Part shown: positions 43,354-53,893 of the stretch, one piece after another
How the letters are laid out: each line of letters opens with the position of its first letter
Numbering within the stretch: position 1 is the stretch's first letter
Assembly: GCA_963710875.1 (NCBI GenBank)
Contig: CAVQBW010000005.1
Span: forward strand, 272,577 to 336,576
Length of the DNA stretch: 64,000 nucleotides
Origin: an uncultured Acidobacteriaceae bacterium
GTDB taxonomy: Bacteria; Acidobacteriota; Terriglobia; Terriglobales; Acidobacteriaceae
Reading direction: 5' to 3'
Notes under the pieces: generated by a model
Databases searched by the model: none
Told to the model about the DNA's origin: nothing
Seen by the model: only the letters and a program-made list of their open reading frames with translations
Position numbers and translations under genes: made by a program

Positions 43354-44058
43354 ATGCCGCAATTCCCTCCAGGCCAGACGCTGCTGATCGACGCCGACGA
43401 TACGCTGTGGGAGAACAATGTCTACTTCGAGCGCGCCATTGCGGCCTTTATCAGCTACCTCAACCACCACGAGTATTCGTCGGCCGAGGTGCGCCAGGCT
43501 CTGAACCAGATCGAGCGCGAGACGATCCTCGCCCACGGATACGGGCTGCCGAGTTTTACCCGCTCGCTGGTCACCTGCTTCGACCGGTTAAGCCCGGAGC
43601 CGGTCACCGAAGAGAAGGCCAAGCGTATCCTGGGCTTCGCCCGCTCGATCGCCGAGCAGGAGATCGAACTGCTGCCTGGCGTGGCCGAGACGCTGGCCGA
43701 GCTGGCCACGCGCCATCGGCTTATCCTGATGACCAAAGGCAACGAGGCCGAGCAGGTTGACAAGCTCTCTCGCTCCGGTCTGGAGAGTTACTTCTCCGTG
43801 GTCGAGATTGTGGCTGAAAAAGACGCGGCGAGTTACCGCGAAGTCATGCTTCGTTACGGGCTCGAGCCGCGAAGCAGTTGGATGATCGGCAACAGCCCCA
43901 GGAGCGACATCAACCCGGCTCTCGCCGCCGGCCTCAATGCCGTCTTTCTCTTTCACAAAGACACCTGGGTGCTGGAACACGCCACGCTCGACGCAGCGCC
44001 CGAAGGCCAGCAGTTAATTGAACGCGATGCCTTCGCGAAGCTCGCGGCTATCTTCTGA
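43354..44058 (+). CDS. HAD-superfamily hydrolase
   Basis: DADDTLWENN, TKGN, EKD and MIGNSPRSD motifs; start reassigned to ATG 43354. Confidence 0.9.
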   Translation: MPQFPPGQTLLIDADDTLWENNVYFERAIAAFISYLNHHEYSSAEVRQALNQIERETILAHGYGLPSFTRSLVTCFDRLSPEPVTEEKAKRILGFARSIAEQEIELLPGVAETLAELATRHRLILMTKGNEAEQVDKLSRSGLESYFSVVEIVAEKDAASYREVMLRYGLEPRSSWMIGNSPRSDINPALAAGLNAVFLFHKDTWVLEHATLDAAPEGQQLIERDAFAKLAAIF

Positions 44059-44081
44059 CTCTTTGGAATTTCTCGAATGAA

Positions 44082-44987
44082 TCAGCCTGCGCTTGACGCC
44101 GACAGTTTCATGTCTGCCAGCACCTGCTCCGGCGTCCACTCGTTGCCGGGATAGAAGCGCACGACCTTGCCATTGGGGCCGATCAGCGTCGTCGAAAGCG
44201 TGTGCGTGATCGTCGTATCCTCATTCACGGTCATTCCCAGGTCGAAGAATCTGGCCATCTCGACCAGCACCGGCTTCTCCGGCGCGGCAAACTCCCAATG
44301 CGCAAAGGCATTCTTCGCGTCGCTTCCGATATAACTCGCTCCATAGGCACGAAGCCGTTCGGGCGTGTCATGCTCCGGGTCAAAGCTGACCGAGAGCAGT
44401 TCGGTCTTGCCATAAAGCGCCGGATTGGCCGCCAACTCCTTCTCCAAAACAGCAAAGTTATGCGTCACCAGCGGGCAGAAGTTGGGCGATGGGCAGCGCG
44501 TGTAGATGAATGTGATCACCAGCGCACGCCCGCGAAACTGACCGAGATGAATCGCGCGGCCATCCTGGTTGCGCAGCTTGAAATCCGGCACCGAGTCGCC
44601 CAGAGCGGGCACATGGTAGAAAACCGGCGGCTTGTAATCCGGCTTGGCCTGCGCCACCACGACGATGTGGTCCAGAAGAATGTCGGCATCAGGGTCCTGC
44701 GAGACCAGCACGTCGGCGGTAATCACGTCGCCCGGATGCAGTTCGCTCAGGATTGCCGCATCCTTGAGCTTGTAGGGCATGGTCATCGCATCCATAAATC
44801 CGGGAATCGCCTCATGGTTCAGCGTGACTTCGCCCGTGGCGGCATCGGTGGAGACAACCTTGCCGCGCAGTTTGTAGACCTTGAAATGGTCGGCGGAGCT
44901 TTGCTGAGAGGGCGCGTTCTGGCTGGAGTGGCATCCAGACAGCACGAAGAGAGCGAGCAGCGAGCAAGCGATCAATCGACGCATCAC
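44082..44987 (-). CDS. CusF-like copper-binding domain fused to a SCO domain, lipoprotein
   Basis: LSGC lipobox, HEAIPGFMDAMTMPY, TRCPSPNFCP and distal His ITHTL; GTG 44987 lies 6 nt after TACACT. Confidence 0.85.
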   Translation of the reverse strand: MMRRLIACSLLALFVLSGCHSSQNAPSQQSSADHFKVYKLRGKVVSTDAATGEVTLNHEAIPGFMDAMTMPYKLKDAAILSELHPGDVITADVLVSQDPDADILLDHIVVVAQAKPDYKPPVFYHVPALGDSVPDFKLRNQDGRAIHLGQFRGRALVITFIYTRCPSPNFCPLVTHNFAVLEKELAANPALYGKTELLSVSFDPEHDTPERLRAYGASYIGSDAKNAFAHWEFAAPEKPVLVEMARFFDLGMTVNEDTTITHTLSTTLIGPNGKVVRFYPGNEWTPEQVLADMKLSASSAG

Positions 44988-45049
44988 ACGCTCAGTGTAC
45001 AACCACCTGCGGTGGGGCCCGTGTCCTTCAGCATCAAAAAATGAGCTGT

Positions 45050-45095
45050 TGGTCTCCAGCCCTTTCGCCAGAACAAGAGCGAAAGGATGGGGCGC
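45050..45095 (-). repeat. REP-like palindromic element, intergenic
   Basis: Minus strand GCGCCCCATCCTTTCGC-TCTTGTTCTG-GCGAAAGGGCTGGAGACC. Confidence 0.8.
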
Positions 45096-45099
45096 GGAA

Positions 45100-46208
45100 T
45101 CAGAGTGTGCGCTTAAAGAGCGAGGTTGCGATGAGCAGCGTGCCGATACCGAAAGTAAAGAGAAAGATCAGGTCAAACTCGATCGAAGCAAAGCCGCCAT
45201 CCTTGAGCAGGATGGATTTGAATCCGTGAATGCAGTACGTGAAGGGGTCCACGATAGCGATGGCGCGGAGCCATGTCGGGAACGCCTTGATGGGATAGAT
45301 GGCTCCCGAGGGGAAGAAGAGCAGCGTGTTGAGAACGCCGAACATGGCGCGTGGAACCAGCGGATCGTCAACGCGAACCATCATGAGAAACATCATGCCG
45401 TTGAATGCGATGGAGGTGCCCAAGATCAGCAGCAACAACTGAAGCATCGCCATGGGATGGAAGATCGTTCCCAGGCCGGCCATCAGCGAGCCGATGACGG
45501 TGAGCGATATGCCGGCGAGCACGGCTTTGATGGAGCCGGCTATATTGAGGCCCATCACCAGTTCGAGCTTGGTGATGGGCGTAACGAGATAGCCCTCGTG
45601 AACGCCGCGGGCCTTGTCGTCGATGTACAGCATCCCGCCGCCGATCATGACCGAGATATACATGGCCAGGGCGATCGATCCCGAGAGCAGGTACTTCATG
45701 TATTCGACAAAGGGGTAGAGTTCGACGATCTGGAGCGCAATGTTCTTGACGACGCGATCCTGGATGACCGGGGCGTTGAGCGCGTCGATCAGCGACTGCA
45801 TCTCGGCCTCGATGCTGCCGCTCATGAACTGATCGGAGTTGTCTACGACGAGGCCTATCTTCGGCGCGTCCTGGGCATAGACGCGGCGCGAGTATTGCGC
45901 GGGAATGATGACGGCGGCGTCCAGCTTGCCGGTGCGCACATCTTCGCGGGCCAGGCGCTGGTCGGCGTAGTCAACCGTGGTAAAGGTGTCGATGTTGGCG
46001 GCGATGGCGGCAAAGGCCTCGCGGATTTTGACCGCCTGAGGGCCGTGGTCGTAGTCCACCACAGCGACCCGGGCACCGCGAATCTTTCCCCCGAAGGCGT
46101 TGCCCAGAATAACGAGCTGCACCAGGGGAAGCATCATGGACATGATCATCAGGACCGGCGAGCGGAAAAATTTGCGCATCTCGCGCTCGACGATGGCGAG
46201 CATTCTGT

Positions 46209-46212
<4 letters not shown>
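45100..46212 (-). CDS. ABC-2 type exporter permease (YbhS/R-like)
   Basis: REMRKFFR, periplasmic domain, six TMs and DPFTY motif; start at MNRMLA. Confidence 0.9.
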
Positions 46213-47251
<1,039 letters not shown>

Positions 47252-47255
<4 letters not shown>

Positions 47256-48319
47256 TGCTTCACCAGCTTGCTTTTGGGGATATAGACCTCGGCGGTCATG
47301 CCAGGGACAAAGCGTTCGTCCGGGTTGGGGATAAGCAATTTGATCTGTACGGTCTCGATGTCGCGCTTGCGGCCGCCGTTGATGTCGCGCTGCGTGGCGA
47401 AATCGGCCTCGGAAGCCTTCGAAATGACTTGACCCCAGACGGTTGCTCCCGAAGGCATCACGACGCGCAGGCTGTCGCCAAGTTTCACTGAGTCGGCCTC
47501 GGTTTCGGGCAGCGGCGCGTAGACCCAGGTCTGGGTCAAATCCATCACGGTGACGATGGTTCCTCCAGCCGGAAGGACTTCGCCCTGGCGAGCGGCGAGC
47601 ACGTTGACCCGGCCGCTGAGCGGCGCGTAGACCTTCGCGTAGCCCAGCTCCACCTGGGCCTGTTCGGCCAGCGCGCGGGCGTTTGCGACGTCGGCGCGGG
47701 TAGAGTTCACGGTGCGCGCCGAAGCCGCGGCGAGCAGCTCATGGGCGCGGGCCTGGCGAAGGCTCGCCTGGGCCGCGGCCAGGCTCTCGCGCGCCGCGTC
47801 CTCGGCGGACTTGGAGGCTTGCAGGCTGGTGACCGCCTCGTCCTTGGCCTGTTCGCTCATGATGCCTTGCTTGGCCAACGCGACAGTCCGGCTGGTGTCG
47901 GCCTGCTGGTGCGCGTAGTTGGCCTTGGCCTCGGCCAGCGAGGCTTGCGAGGCCTTGACCTGCGCTTCGGCGTTGAGCGTGGCGCTCGAGGTTTCGCCGC
48001 GGTTCTGGCGCTCGGTCTCCACCGATTCGCCCAGCTTCCACTGGTCGCTGGAAACGGTCGCCTGGGCGGCTTGGTGCGCGGCGGCGAGATCGGCGCTCTC
48101 GATGACCGCGACGAGTTGGCCTTCCTTCACTTCCTGCCCTTCGTCGACCGCCAGCGTCTGAACGCGGCCCGGAATCTTGCTGCTCACCAGCACCTCATTG
48201 GCATCCACAGTGCCGATCAGCTTCAGTTCGCCTGATGTCCGCGCGGTGAACACATACCAGATGAACGACCCCACAGTCAAAATGCCCAATATGAGAAAAA
48301 CTCGATTGCGTGCGTTCAT
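47252..48319 (-). CDS. HlyD-family membrane fusion protein (YbhG-like)
   Basis: N-terminal TM, lipoyl-like VSSKIPGRV..VDEGQ, coiled coil and PGMTAEV. Confidence 0.92.
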
Positions 48320-49116
48320 TTGTGCCTCGTTTCATTTGCAGACGTCTGAGCGGCTTCGATATTGCAGCTTTTGAAATTTGCATTGCGGGAATGATCGGCT
48401 GGCGCGTCCATCGAGTCCGGCATGGGCGTCGAGGCCAGCACTCGCGCAGCCACCTGCGCGCCGTGTTCCCGGTCAACAAATATAGTCTGGCCTAGATACT
48501 CGACAGCGGCTATGCGGCGAAACTCCATTACGCTCCGCTCGAATGGATCGAACTCCATCAGCATTCCCATCACCGGCGCGGAGAGAAAGTAAAAGACATT
48601 GGCCCCCAGCGCCGCATACATGATTTGCATTTCGTCCACCCTGATCAGCTCTCCGGTACCGCTGCCCTCCGCAACCACTTCGCGAAGCCGGAGCATCATG
48701 GGCCGAAAGACCTTGTCCACCAAGAGGGCAAGCGCATTCTCTTCCCCCCGGTGCATGCGGATCATCTCCTGTTGCATCAAGCTTTGAAACTCCCGTTGGG
48801 AGTGAATCCGGTCAAAGTGGTTCAGGGCAAAGTGAACCAGACGCTCTCCCGCCGAGCACTCTGAGCCCATCGCGGCCATGCTGCTTGCCACGACGCGATC
48901 GGCCACAGACTCCAAGGCGGCGGCGTACAAGGCGTCCTTGCTTTTGAAGTAGTAGTACAGCAGCGCCTTGTTGACGCCAGCGGCCTCGGCAATCTGCTCG
49001 GTACGCGCCCCGGCGAGGCCGTACTCGCTGAACTGGCGGATGGCGGCCTCAAGGATGCGCGCACGAGTGAGGTCGGCGCGCTCGGTCTGGCTTCGAGGTG
49101 GATTCAGGATGTTCAT
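48316..49116 (-). CDS. TetR/AcrR family regulator
   Basis: RARILEAA...GARTEQIAEAAGVNKALLYYYFKSK HTH. Confidence 0.94.
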   Translation of the reverse strand: MNILNPPRSQTERADLTRARILEAAIRQFSEYGLAGARTEQIAEAAGVNKALLYYYFKSKDALYAAALESVADRVVASSMAAMGSECSAGERLVHFALNHFDRIHSQREFQSLMQQEMIRMHRGEENALALLVDKVFRPMMLRLREVVAEGSGTGELIRVDEMQIMYAALGANVFYFLSAPVMGMLMEFDPFERSVMEFRRIAAVEYLGQTIFVDREHGAQVAARVLASTPMPDSMDAPADHSRNANFKSCNIEAAQTSANETRHK

Positions 49117-49122
49117 AAATTA

Positions 49123-49144
49123 ACTAACCAGTTAGTAAATTATA
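49123..49144 (-). promoter_or_regulatory. TATAAT -10 box with an overlapping TetR-type palindromic operator
   Basis: Minus-strand TATAAT at 49144-49139; palindrome ACTAAC-CA-GTTAGT at 49123-49136 covers the predicted start site. Confidence 0.7.
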
Positions 49145-49259
49145 TGAAGCTGTGCCAAAATGCAACCCGCTGCGATGAATTCTCTGGAAATATAAGACTC
49201 GGAAGGCTCAAACACCCAATCATCCGGCAGAATCTGGGGTCGGCCCCTCCTCACCCCGC

Positions 49260-50387
49260 CTATTTCAGACCCGCCTTGACCGCCTGCCAGAAGCTGAGAT
49301 TCTCATCGCCCATCTGCCACATCGAGATGCCTGCCAGGTGATACCGCTTCACCAGTGCAACCTTCACTTGAATGCTCTGCGAATTCTCGAACCAAGCCTC
49401 ATGCTTTGACCCACCGGAGCCTATGTAATCGACATAGGGGGAGCTGCTAACCGCATCCCAACTTGCGGTCTGGGTTGGCTTTTGCGTCCAGGGAATTATT
49501 CCCAGGTAATTCGAGTTGCCGGCAACCCAGGCGCCATTGGCCCTTTGTTCCCAATCGTATCCGTAGGCAGGCAGACCTAACAGCAGCTTCGACGGCGCCA
49601 CAACGGTAATCGCGTACTGGATGCAAGCAGCGACCCAGTCGCTTCCGGAGACCGGACCGGGAGCGCCAGAGCCGGGAATGTGCTCATCGTAGGTCATCAA
49701 CTGGAGCAGGTCCGCATCCTGCCCAATGGCCGCATAGTCCATGGCGCCGGACCAAGTGTTCGTTGGGTCGTCCGATTGCTCGGCCGGAACGCTGAGGATG
49801 AGCTTCAACGCGCTTGCGTGCAGCGTGCCCGCCAGATCGTGAACGAACTTGCTATAGGCGCCGCGGTCCTGCGGATTGAGCCCTTCAAAGTCAAGGTCGA
49901 TGCCGTCGAACCCGCCGTTCTTCGCCAGGCCAGCAAGATGGCCGATCACGATGGCTTCGTTGGAGGTCATGGCAGAATGGCCCAGCTTGGCATTGAATCC
50001 GCGAGAGTCGGCATTGCTCACAGAGGCGTAGGTGCGGATGCCATGCGCCCTGTCGAAGCGGAGCACCTGGCTGGTTGCGATGCTTTCGTCGATGGCGCCC
50101 GTGGCATCGACACTGTAGACGGCGGCCGAGATCGTGTTGATGTAGGCAGAGAAGGACTGGAGCGAGTTGAAGGAGGCGTTGGGGCCCATGTACTGCGTGT
50201 AAAACCCCAGGGTGATATAGGCCGGTGCGACTGGATTGGGCGCTGCCGGCGGAATGGCTGGCGGAACAATGGGTGCTGGGGTTGTCCTCGGATCTCCCGG
50301 CCCACGGGATTGTACAAGCATGCCTGAAGGCATCAGGCCAAGCAAAACCACGCCGATCCAATAGAACTTCACCGGCAGCCTTCGCAT
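49260..50387 (-). CDS. Glycoside hydrolase family 18 (secreted, YaaH/SleL-like catalytic domain)
   Basis: FDGIDLDFE (DxxDxDxE), LMTYDEH, LLLGLPAYGYDW and GISMWQMG; signal peptide and Pro-rich linker. Confidence 0.9.
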   Translation of the reverse strand: MRRLPVKFYWIGVVLLGLMPSGMLVQSRGPGDPRTTPAPIVPPAIPPAAPNPVAPAYITLGFYTQYMGPNASFNSLQSFSAYINTISAAVYSVDATGAIDESIATSQVLRFDRAHGIRTYASVSNADSRGFNAKLGHSAMTSNEAIVIGHLAGLAKNGGFDGIDLDFEGLNPQDRGAYSKFVHDLAGTLHASALKLILSVPAEQSDDPTNTWSGAMDYAAIGQDADLLQLMTYDEHIPGSGAPGPVSGSDWVAACIQYAITVVAPSKLLLGLPAYGYDWEQRANGAWVAGNSNYLGIIPWTQKPTQTASWDAVSSSPYVDYIGSGGSKHEAWFENSQSIQVKVALVKRYHLAGISMWQMGDENLSFWQAVKAGLK

Positions 50388-50499
50388 TCCATCTTGTGTG
50401 AGCGAACCACTGGCTCGAATTATAGCGCCCGAGCGCTTTCGGAATCACCGGCTTCCTATCGGTGAAGCGATCCGTCAGAGTGCCACGTCTCCCGGCTTT

Positions 50500-50772
50500 C
50501 TAGGCAAAGAAGCTGATCTCCTGCCTTGCGCCGTCCAGGCTCTTGCCGGCCTTCGGCTTCGCCTCGACTTGAGAATCGGATTCCTCCCGATCCTCCGCTG
50601 TGTCCTCATCGTCCTCGAAGCCGCTTGCGGCCTTGTTGCCGCCGGGCGAGTAGGTCTCGTCGCCGGTCCTGGAAGAGCGCTCGACCTCGAAGACATCCGT
50701 CAGCCCGAGGTCGGTCTCTCTCGACTTGAACGCCGGCACGATGCGAACTCCGGAAATCGGGCTGATCTCCAT
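50500..50772 (-). CDS. Small acidic hypothetical protein, predicted sigma-28 regulon member
   Basis: 90-aa ORF with a GAAGGGA RBS, D/E-rich core and C-terminal ISFFA; consensus FliA promoter upstream. Confidence 0.75.
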   Translation of the reverse strand: MEISPISGVRIVPAFKSRETDLGLTDVFEVERSSRTGDETYSPGGNKAASGFEDDEDTAEDREESDSQVEAKPKAGKSLDGARQEISFFA

Positions 50773-50813
50773 CTTCGTCCCTTCTCTCGTCGAGAGATCC
50801 TATCCTCAAACGT

Positions 50814-50840
50814 CTATCGGCTTGTCAACGAAGAACTTTA
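50814..50840 (-). promoter_or_regulatory. Sigma-28 (FliA/SigD) promoter
   Basis: Minus strand TAAA-gttcttcgttgacaa(15 nt)-GCCGATAG versus consensus TAAA-N15-GCCGATAA. Confidence 0.82.
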
Positions 50841-50856
50841 ATCCGTAAACAATCTA

Positions 50857-50976
50857 TGTCCGAATTTCGGACAGTTGGCCGCTCAAATTCTGCAATTGCC
50901 CGCAAATTCCGAACTCCGCCGGCGATGCGGCGGTGACTTTGGAGATTTTCCGTGTCTGAATTTGAGACAGTTGGCC
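50857..50976. repeat. Two copies of a 24-nt dyad motif, 96 nt apart
   Basis: tgtccgaatttcggacagttggcc (50857-50880) and tgtctgaatttgagacagttggcc (50953-50976), 3 mismatches; core TGTC-N9-GACA. Confidence 0.75.
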
Positions 50977-50995
50977 CCGGAGCCGGCAGCGATCT

Positions 50996-51865
50996 TCACC
51001 GATCCGGGTTTTGACGGCTCATGGCAATGCTAGCCGGCGATAGCAGGGCGCCGCTCGCCTCAGACTGATCGAGCAACGTAATCCCCTGAACCAGATTCAT
51101 GCCTGCTGGAACGGGCAGAAAGCCGCCGCGGAGCTCGCTGGTCTCGCGAGCGATGGTCTTGAAGAGCATGGCACGACCGGCCATGTGCACCTCCAGACGC
51201 TCGGTCTTCCAGTCCGTCGCGTTGACCCGCGTCCGTTGCAGCCGGAACCAGCCGCCTTTATAGAGCCGGCCTAGGATGCCGAAGCCGAAATCGACATTTT
51301 CCTCGAGGTGGCCGTCAAGCCGCGCCAGGCGCTTGTAGCGCTGGCTGACCCACAGTTCCCCGCGCATGGCGTGAAAAATGCGGGCCTCGATGGAGTGGGC
51401 CGCATAATCGGGGTTAGGGCGGAAGCTAAGGCGGTAACAGCCGTTCTCCTCGCCGGCATACTCATAGAGAAACGCTTCCGGCAGCAGCGCGACGATGCGG
51501 CCGATGCGCTTTTCGTCCTCGGCATGTTGCTGACGGTAGCGGGCTTGTTCGGCGGGAGAGCTAAGCAGGCTGCGGAGACGGCTCTCCTCCGCAAGGCCCT
51601 CCGCTGCGCTCAGAGGATGGCCGTTGCTCGATTCAAGGCGCGCGACGGAACCCTCGGCCGTCTCCACCTGCTCTTCCAGGTGCATCTCCTTTTGCGATCG
51701 GAGCTCAATCCAGTAGCGCCAATAGCCATGCCGTTCGTGGTCGTGAAGCTCGTTGTAGACGACCTCGCGCACCAACTGAGCGGCCGGCATCGGCGGCTGA
51801 GCATGAACACAGCCAACTCCTTGCGCCAGGATGAGAACCCCAAGCAGTCCGCATAACTCGCGCAC
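50996..51865 (-). CDS. Exported hypothetical protein (beta-rich; LolA/MucB-like fold is a guess)
   Basis: GGAGG RBS with GTG 51865, signal peptide ending VHA, typical codon usage; no recognised motif. Confidence 0.7.
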   Translation of the reverse strand: MRELCGLLGVLILAQGVGCVHAQPPMPAAQLVREVVYNELHDHERHGYWRYWIELRSQKEMHLEEQVETAEGSVARLESSNGHPLSAAEGLAEESRLRSLLSSPAEQARYRQQHAEDEKRIGRIVALLPEAFLYEYAGEENGCYRLSFRPNPDYAAHSIEARIFHAMRGELWVSQRYKRLARLDGHLEENVDFGFGILGRLYKGGWFRLQRTRVNATDWKTERLEVHMAGRAMLFKTIARETSELRGGFLPVPAGMNLVQGITLLDQSEASGALLSPASIAMSRQNPDR

Positions 51866-52046
51866 TGTACAGCCTCCTTGACGAACGACCGAGACCCAGG
51901 CGCAGTATGCAGGTAAGTTAGTGAAAAAACGGGAAGATTCCGGTGAAGAAACCAACAAAACAGCGGAAGAACCCGGAAGCATAAGCGACGCCCTTTTCGA
52001 GTGGGCGGCAACGGTCCGCCCAGGTCGGAGTTGTTACACTGGCTCC

Positions 52047-52370
52047 ATGATGGACGAACTGGAGTTCCGCAGTCTGGCCGAAATAGCTCTCAGCTCGCTG
52101 AAGCAGCATTTGATTTTGCGCGAGGAAGAGGCGGAGGCCGGTTTTGAAGTAGAGGAACAGGGCGGCGTATTAAATGTCGAGTTCGAGGAGCCGCCGGGCA
52201 AGTTTGTGATTACGCCCAACACGCCGGTGCGCCAGATCTGGATTTCGGCGCTTTCAACCAGCTTCAAGCTCGACTGGAATCAGGCGGCCTCGGCGTTTAT
52301 CCTGCCGCGCACGGGCGAGCATCTTGTGGCCCTGGTTGACCGGCTGATTGAGGAACGCCTGGAGGGGTAG
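52047..52370 (+). CDS. cyaY: Frataxin-like iron donor protein
   Basis: FEVEEQGGVLNVEF, VITPNTPVRQIWIS acidic frataxin pattern; ATG 6 nt after TACACT. Confidence 0.85.
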   Translation: MMDELEFRSLAEIALSSLKQHLILREEEAEAGFEVEEQGGVLNVEFEEPPGKFVITPNTPVRQIWISALSTSFKLDWNQAASAFILPRTGEHLVALVDRLIEERLEG

Positions 52371-52378
52371 CAAGCAAA

Positions 52379-52432
52379 GCGAAACCCCGCCCTCGCCGCA
52401 ATCACAACGATGCGGAGATGGTGGGGTTTCGC
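52379..52432. terminator. Long hairpin between convergent cyaY and pstS (bidirectional terminator or REP variant)
   Basis: GCGAAACCCC...GGGGTTTCGC outer stem with an inner CCGCA/TGCGG stem. Confidence 0.65.
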
Positions 52433-52448
52433 ACAATTCTCAGGGTTT

Positions 52449-53450
52449 CTACTGCAGCGAATAGACGGTCTTCAGTACCTTTTCCGCCACATTATCAGGC
52501 AGCGGCGCATAGGAGAGAGCGGAGACTTCGCTCTCGCCCGACTTGACGATCCAGCTCAGCAGATCCTTGAGAACCTTGCCCTTCACCGGATCGGCGGCAT
52601 GAATGGGAATCAGCAGATAGGTGAAGCTGGAGATGGGATAGGAGCCAGCGCCGGGAGCGTTGGTGATCGAGACACGGTAGTCGGCGGGCATATCCTTCAC
52701 GTTGGCAGCCGCCTCGGTGACGCCACTGATAGAGGCCTTCAACCAGTTACCCGCGGCATTCTGCACTTCGCCGTAGCTCATATTGTTTTGCAGGGCATAG
52801 ATCAACTCGACATAGCCGACTGCGCCAGGCAACTGGCGAACCAGGCCGGCCACGCCCTCATTGCCTTTGCCGCCAACCCCGACCGGCCAACTGGGCGAGG
52901 TGCCTTTGCTGGGGCCGCTGGCCCACTCTTTACTCACCTTGCTCAGGAAGTCGGTCCAGATGAAGCTGGTGCCGCTGCCGTCCGAACGATGAACGACGAT
53001 GATCTTCTGGTCGGGCAGCTTCACGCCGGGGTTGTCCTTGGCGATGCGCGCATCGTTCCAGTTGTTGACCTTGCCCAGGTAGATATCGGCCAGCAGCTCA
53101 CCGCTGAACCTGAGATCGTTGACGCCGGGAACATTGAAGACAGGCACAACAGCTCCCAGCACGGTGGGAATGTGGATCAGCTTGACCTTGGAACTGGCGA
53201 GCATCTCGTCGGTCATGGGCATGTCGGAGGCGCCGAAGTCCACAAGGCCTGAGGTGACCTGGCGGATGCCGCCGCCAGAGCCGATCGACTGGTAGTTGAT
53301 CTCGACGCCGGGATGGGCGGCGCTATACTCGCTGAACCACTTCGAGTAGATCGGGTAGGGGAAAGTCGCACCCGCTGCGGTCAATTTCTGAGCCTGAGCC
53401 GTGCTCAAGGCCAACAACGACAACACTAAAGCAACCAGAATCTTTTTCAC
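52449..53450 (-). CDS. pstS: Phosphate ABC transporter substrate-binding protein
   Basis: AGATFPYP, YQSIGSGGG, DFGASD, RSDGSGT and GNEGV motifs. Confidence 0.95.
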   Translation of the reverse strand: MKKILVALVLSLLALSTAQAQKLTAAGATFPYPIYSKWFSEYSAAHPGVEINYQSIGSGGGIRQVTSGLVDFGASDMPMTDEMLASSKVKLIHIPTVLGAVVPVFNVPGVNDLRFSGELLADIYLGKVNNWNDARIAKDNPGVKLPDQKIIVVHRSDGSGTSFIWTDFLSKVSKEWASGPSKGTSPSWPVGVGGKGNEGVAGLVRQLPGAVGYVELIYALQNNMSYGEVQNAAGNWLKASISGVTEAAANVKDMPADYRVSITNAPGAGSYPISSFTYLLIPIHAADPVKGKVLKDLLSWIVKSGESEVSALSYAPLPDNVAEKVLKTVYSLQ

Positions 53451-53893
53451 TGAGATCTCCCTCGCAGTTTAACTGCCGGGTACGATTGTCTATGGTCAAT
53501 GTTAACGGCGTTTGAATCGAGGGCAAATTTGCGATTTTCATTCGGTGCATTCGAGAAGGAGAGCAATCCGGAGCCAAACGATGTCAACTAAAGAGAATGA
53601 AGTTGACATGATAGCTCTCTGGAGAGTCCGGCGCGGCTCTGTGACCATTCTTCTCGGCGTTAATCTGGCTGAAAGTGCGGGTGCGGCTTGGAACGCCAGC
53701 AGCAAAGGGGCTATAGGAAAACCAGGGAAGATGTATCCCGGAGCCAGGGATCTCAAGTGAACGCGACCATCAGGGAGCGGCGACCCTGAACAAGGCCAAT
53801 CAGGATATAGTATCCCTGGTTTTGCTCTAGCTGCCTCAATCCGTAGGCTTTATACTGGCATCTCGTAGGATTCCCTTTCCTGGAGGTTCCCGA

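Noticed and set aside
53512-53760. 82-aa and 72-aa ORFs in the pstS intergenic region
   Set aside because: No motif, atypical composition, and they overlap each other in antisense.
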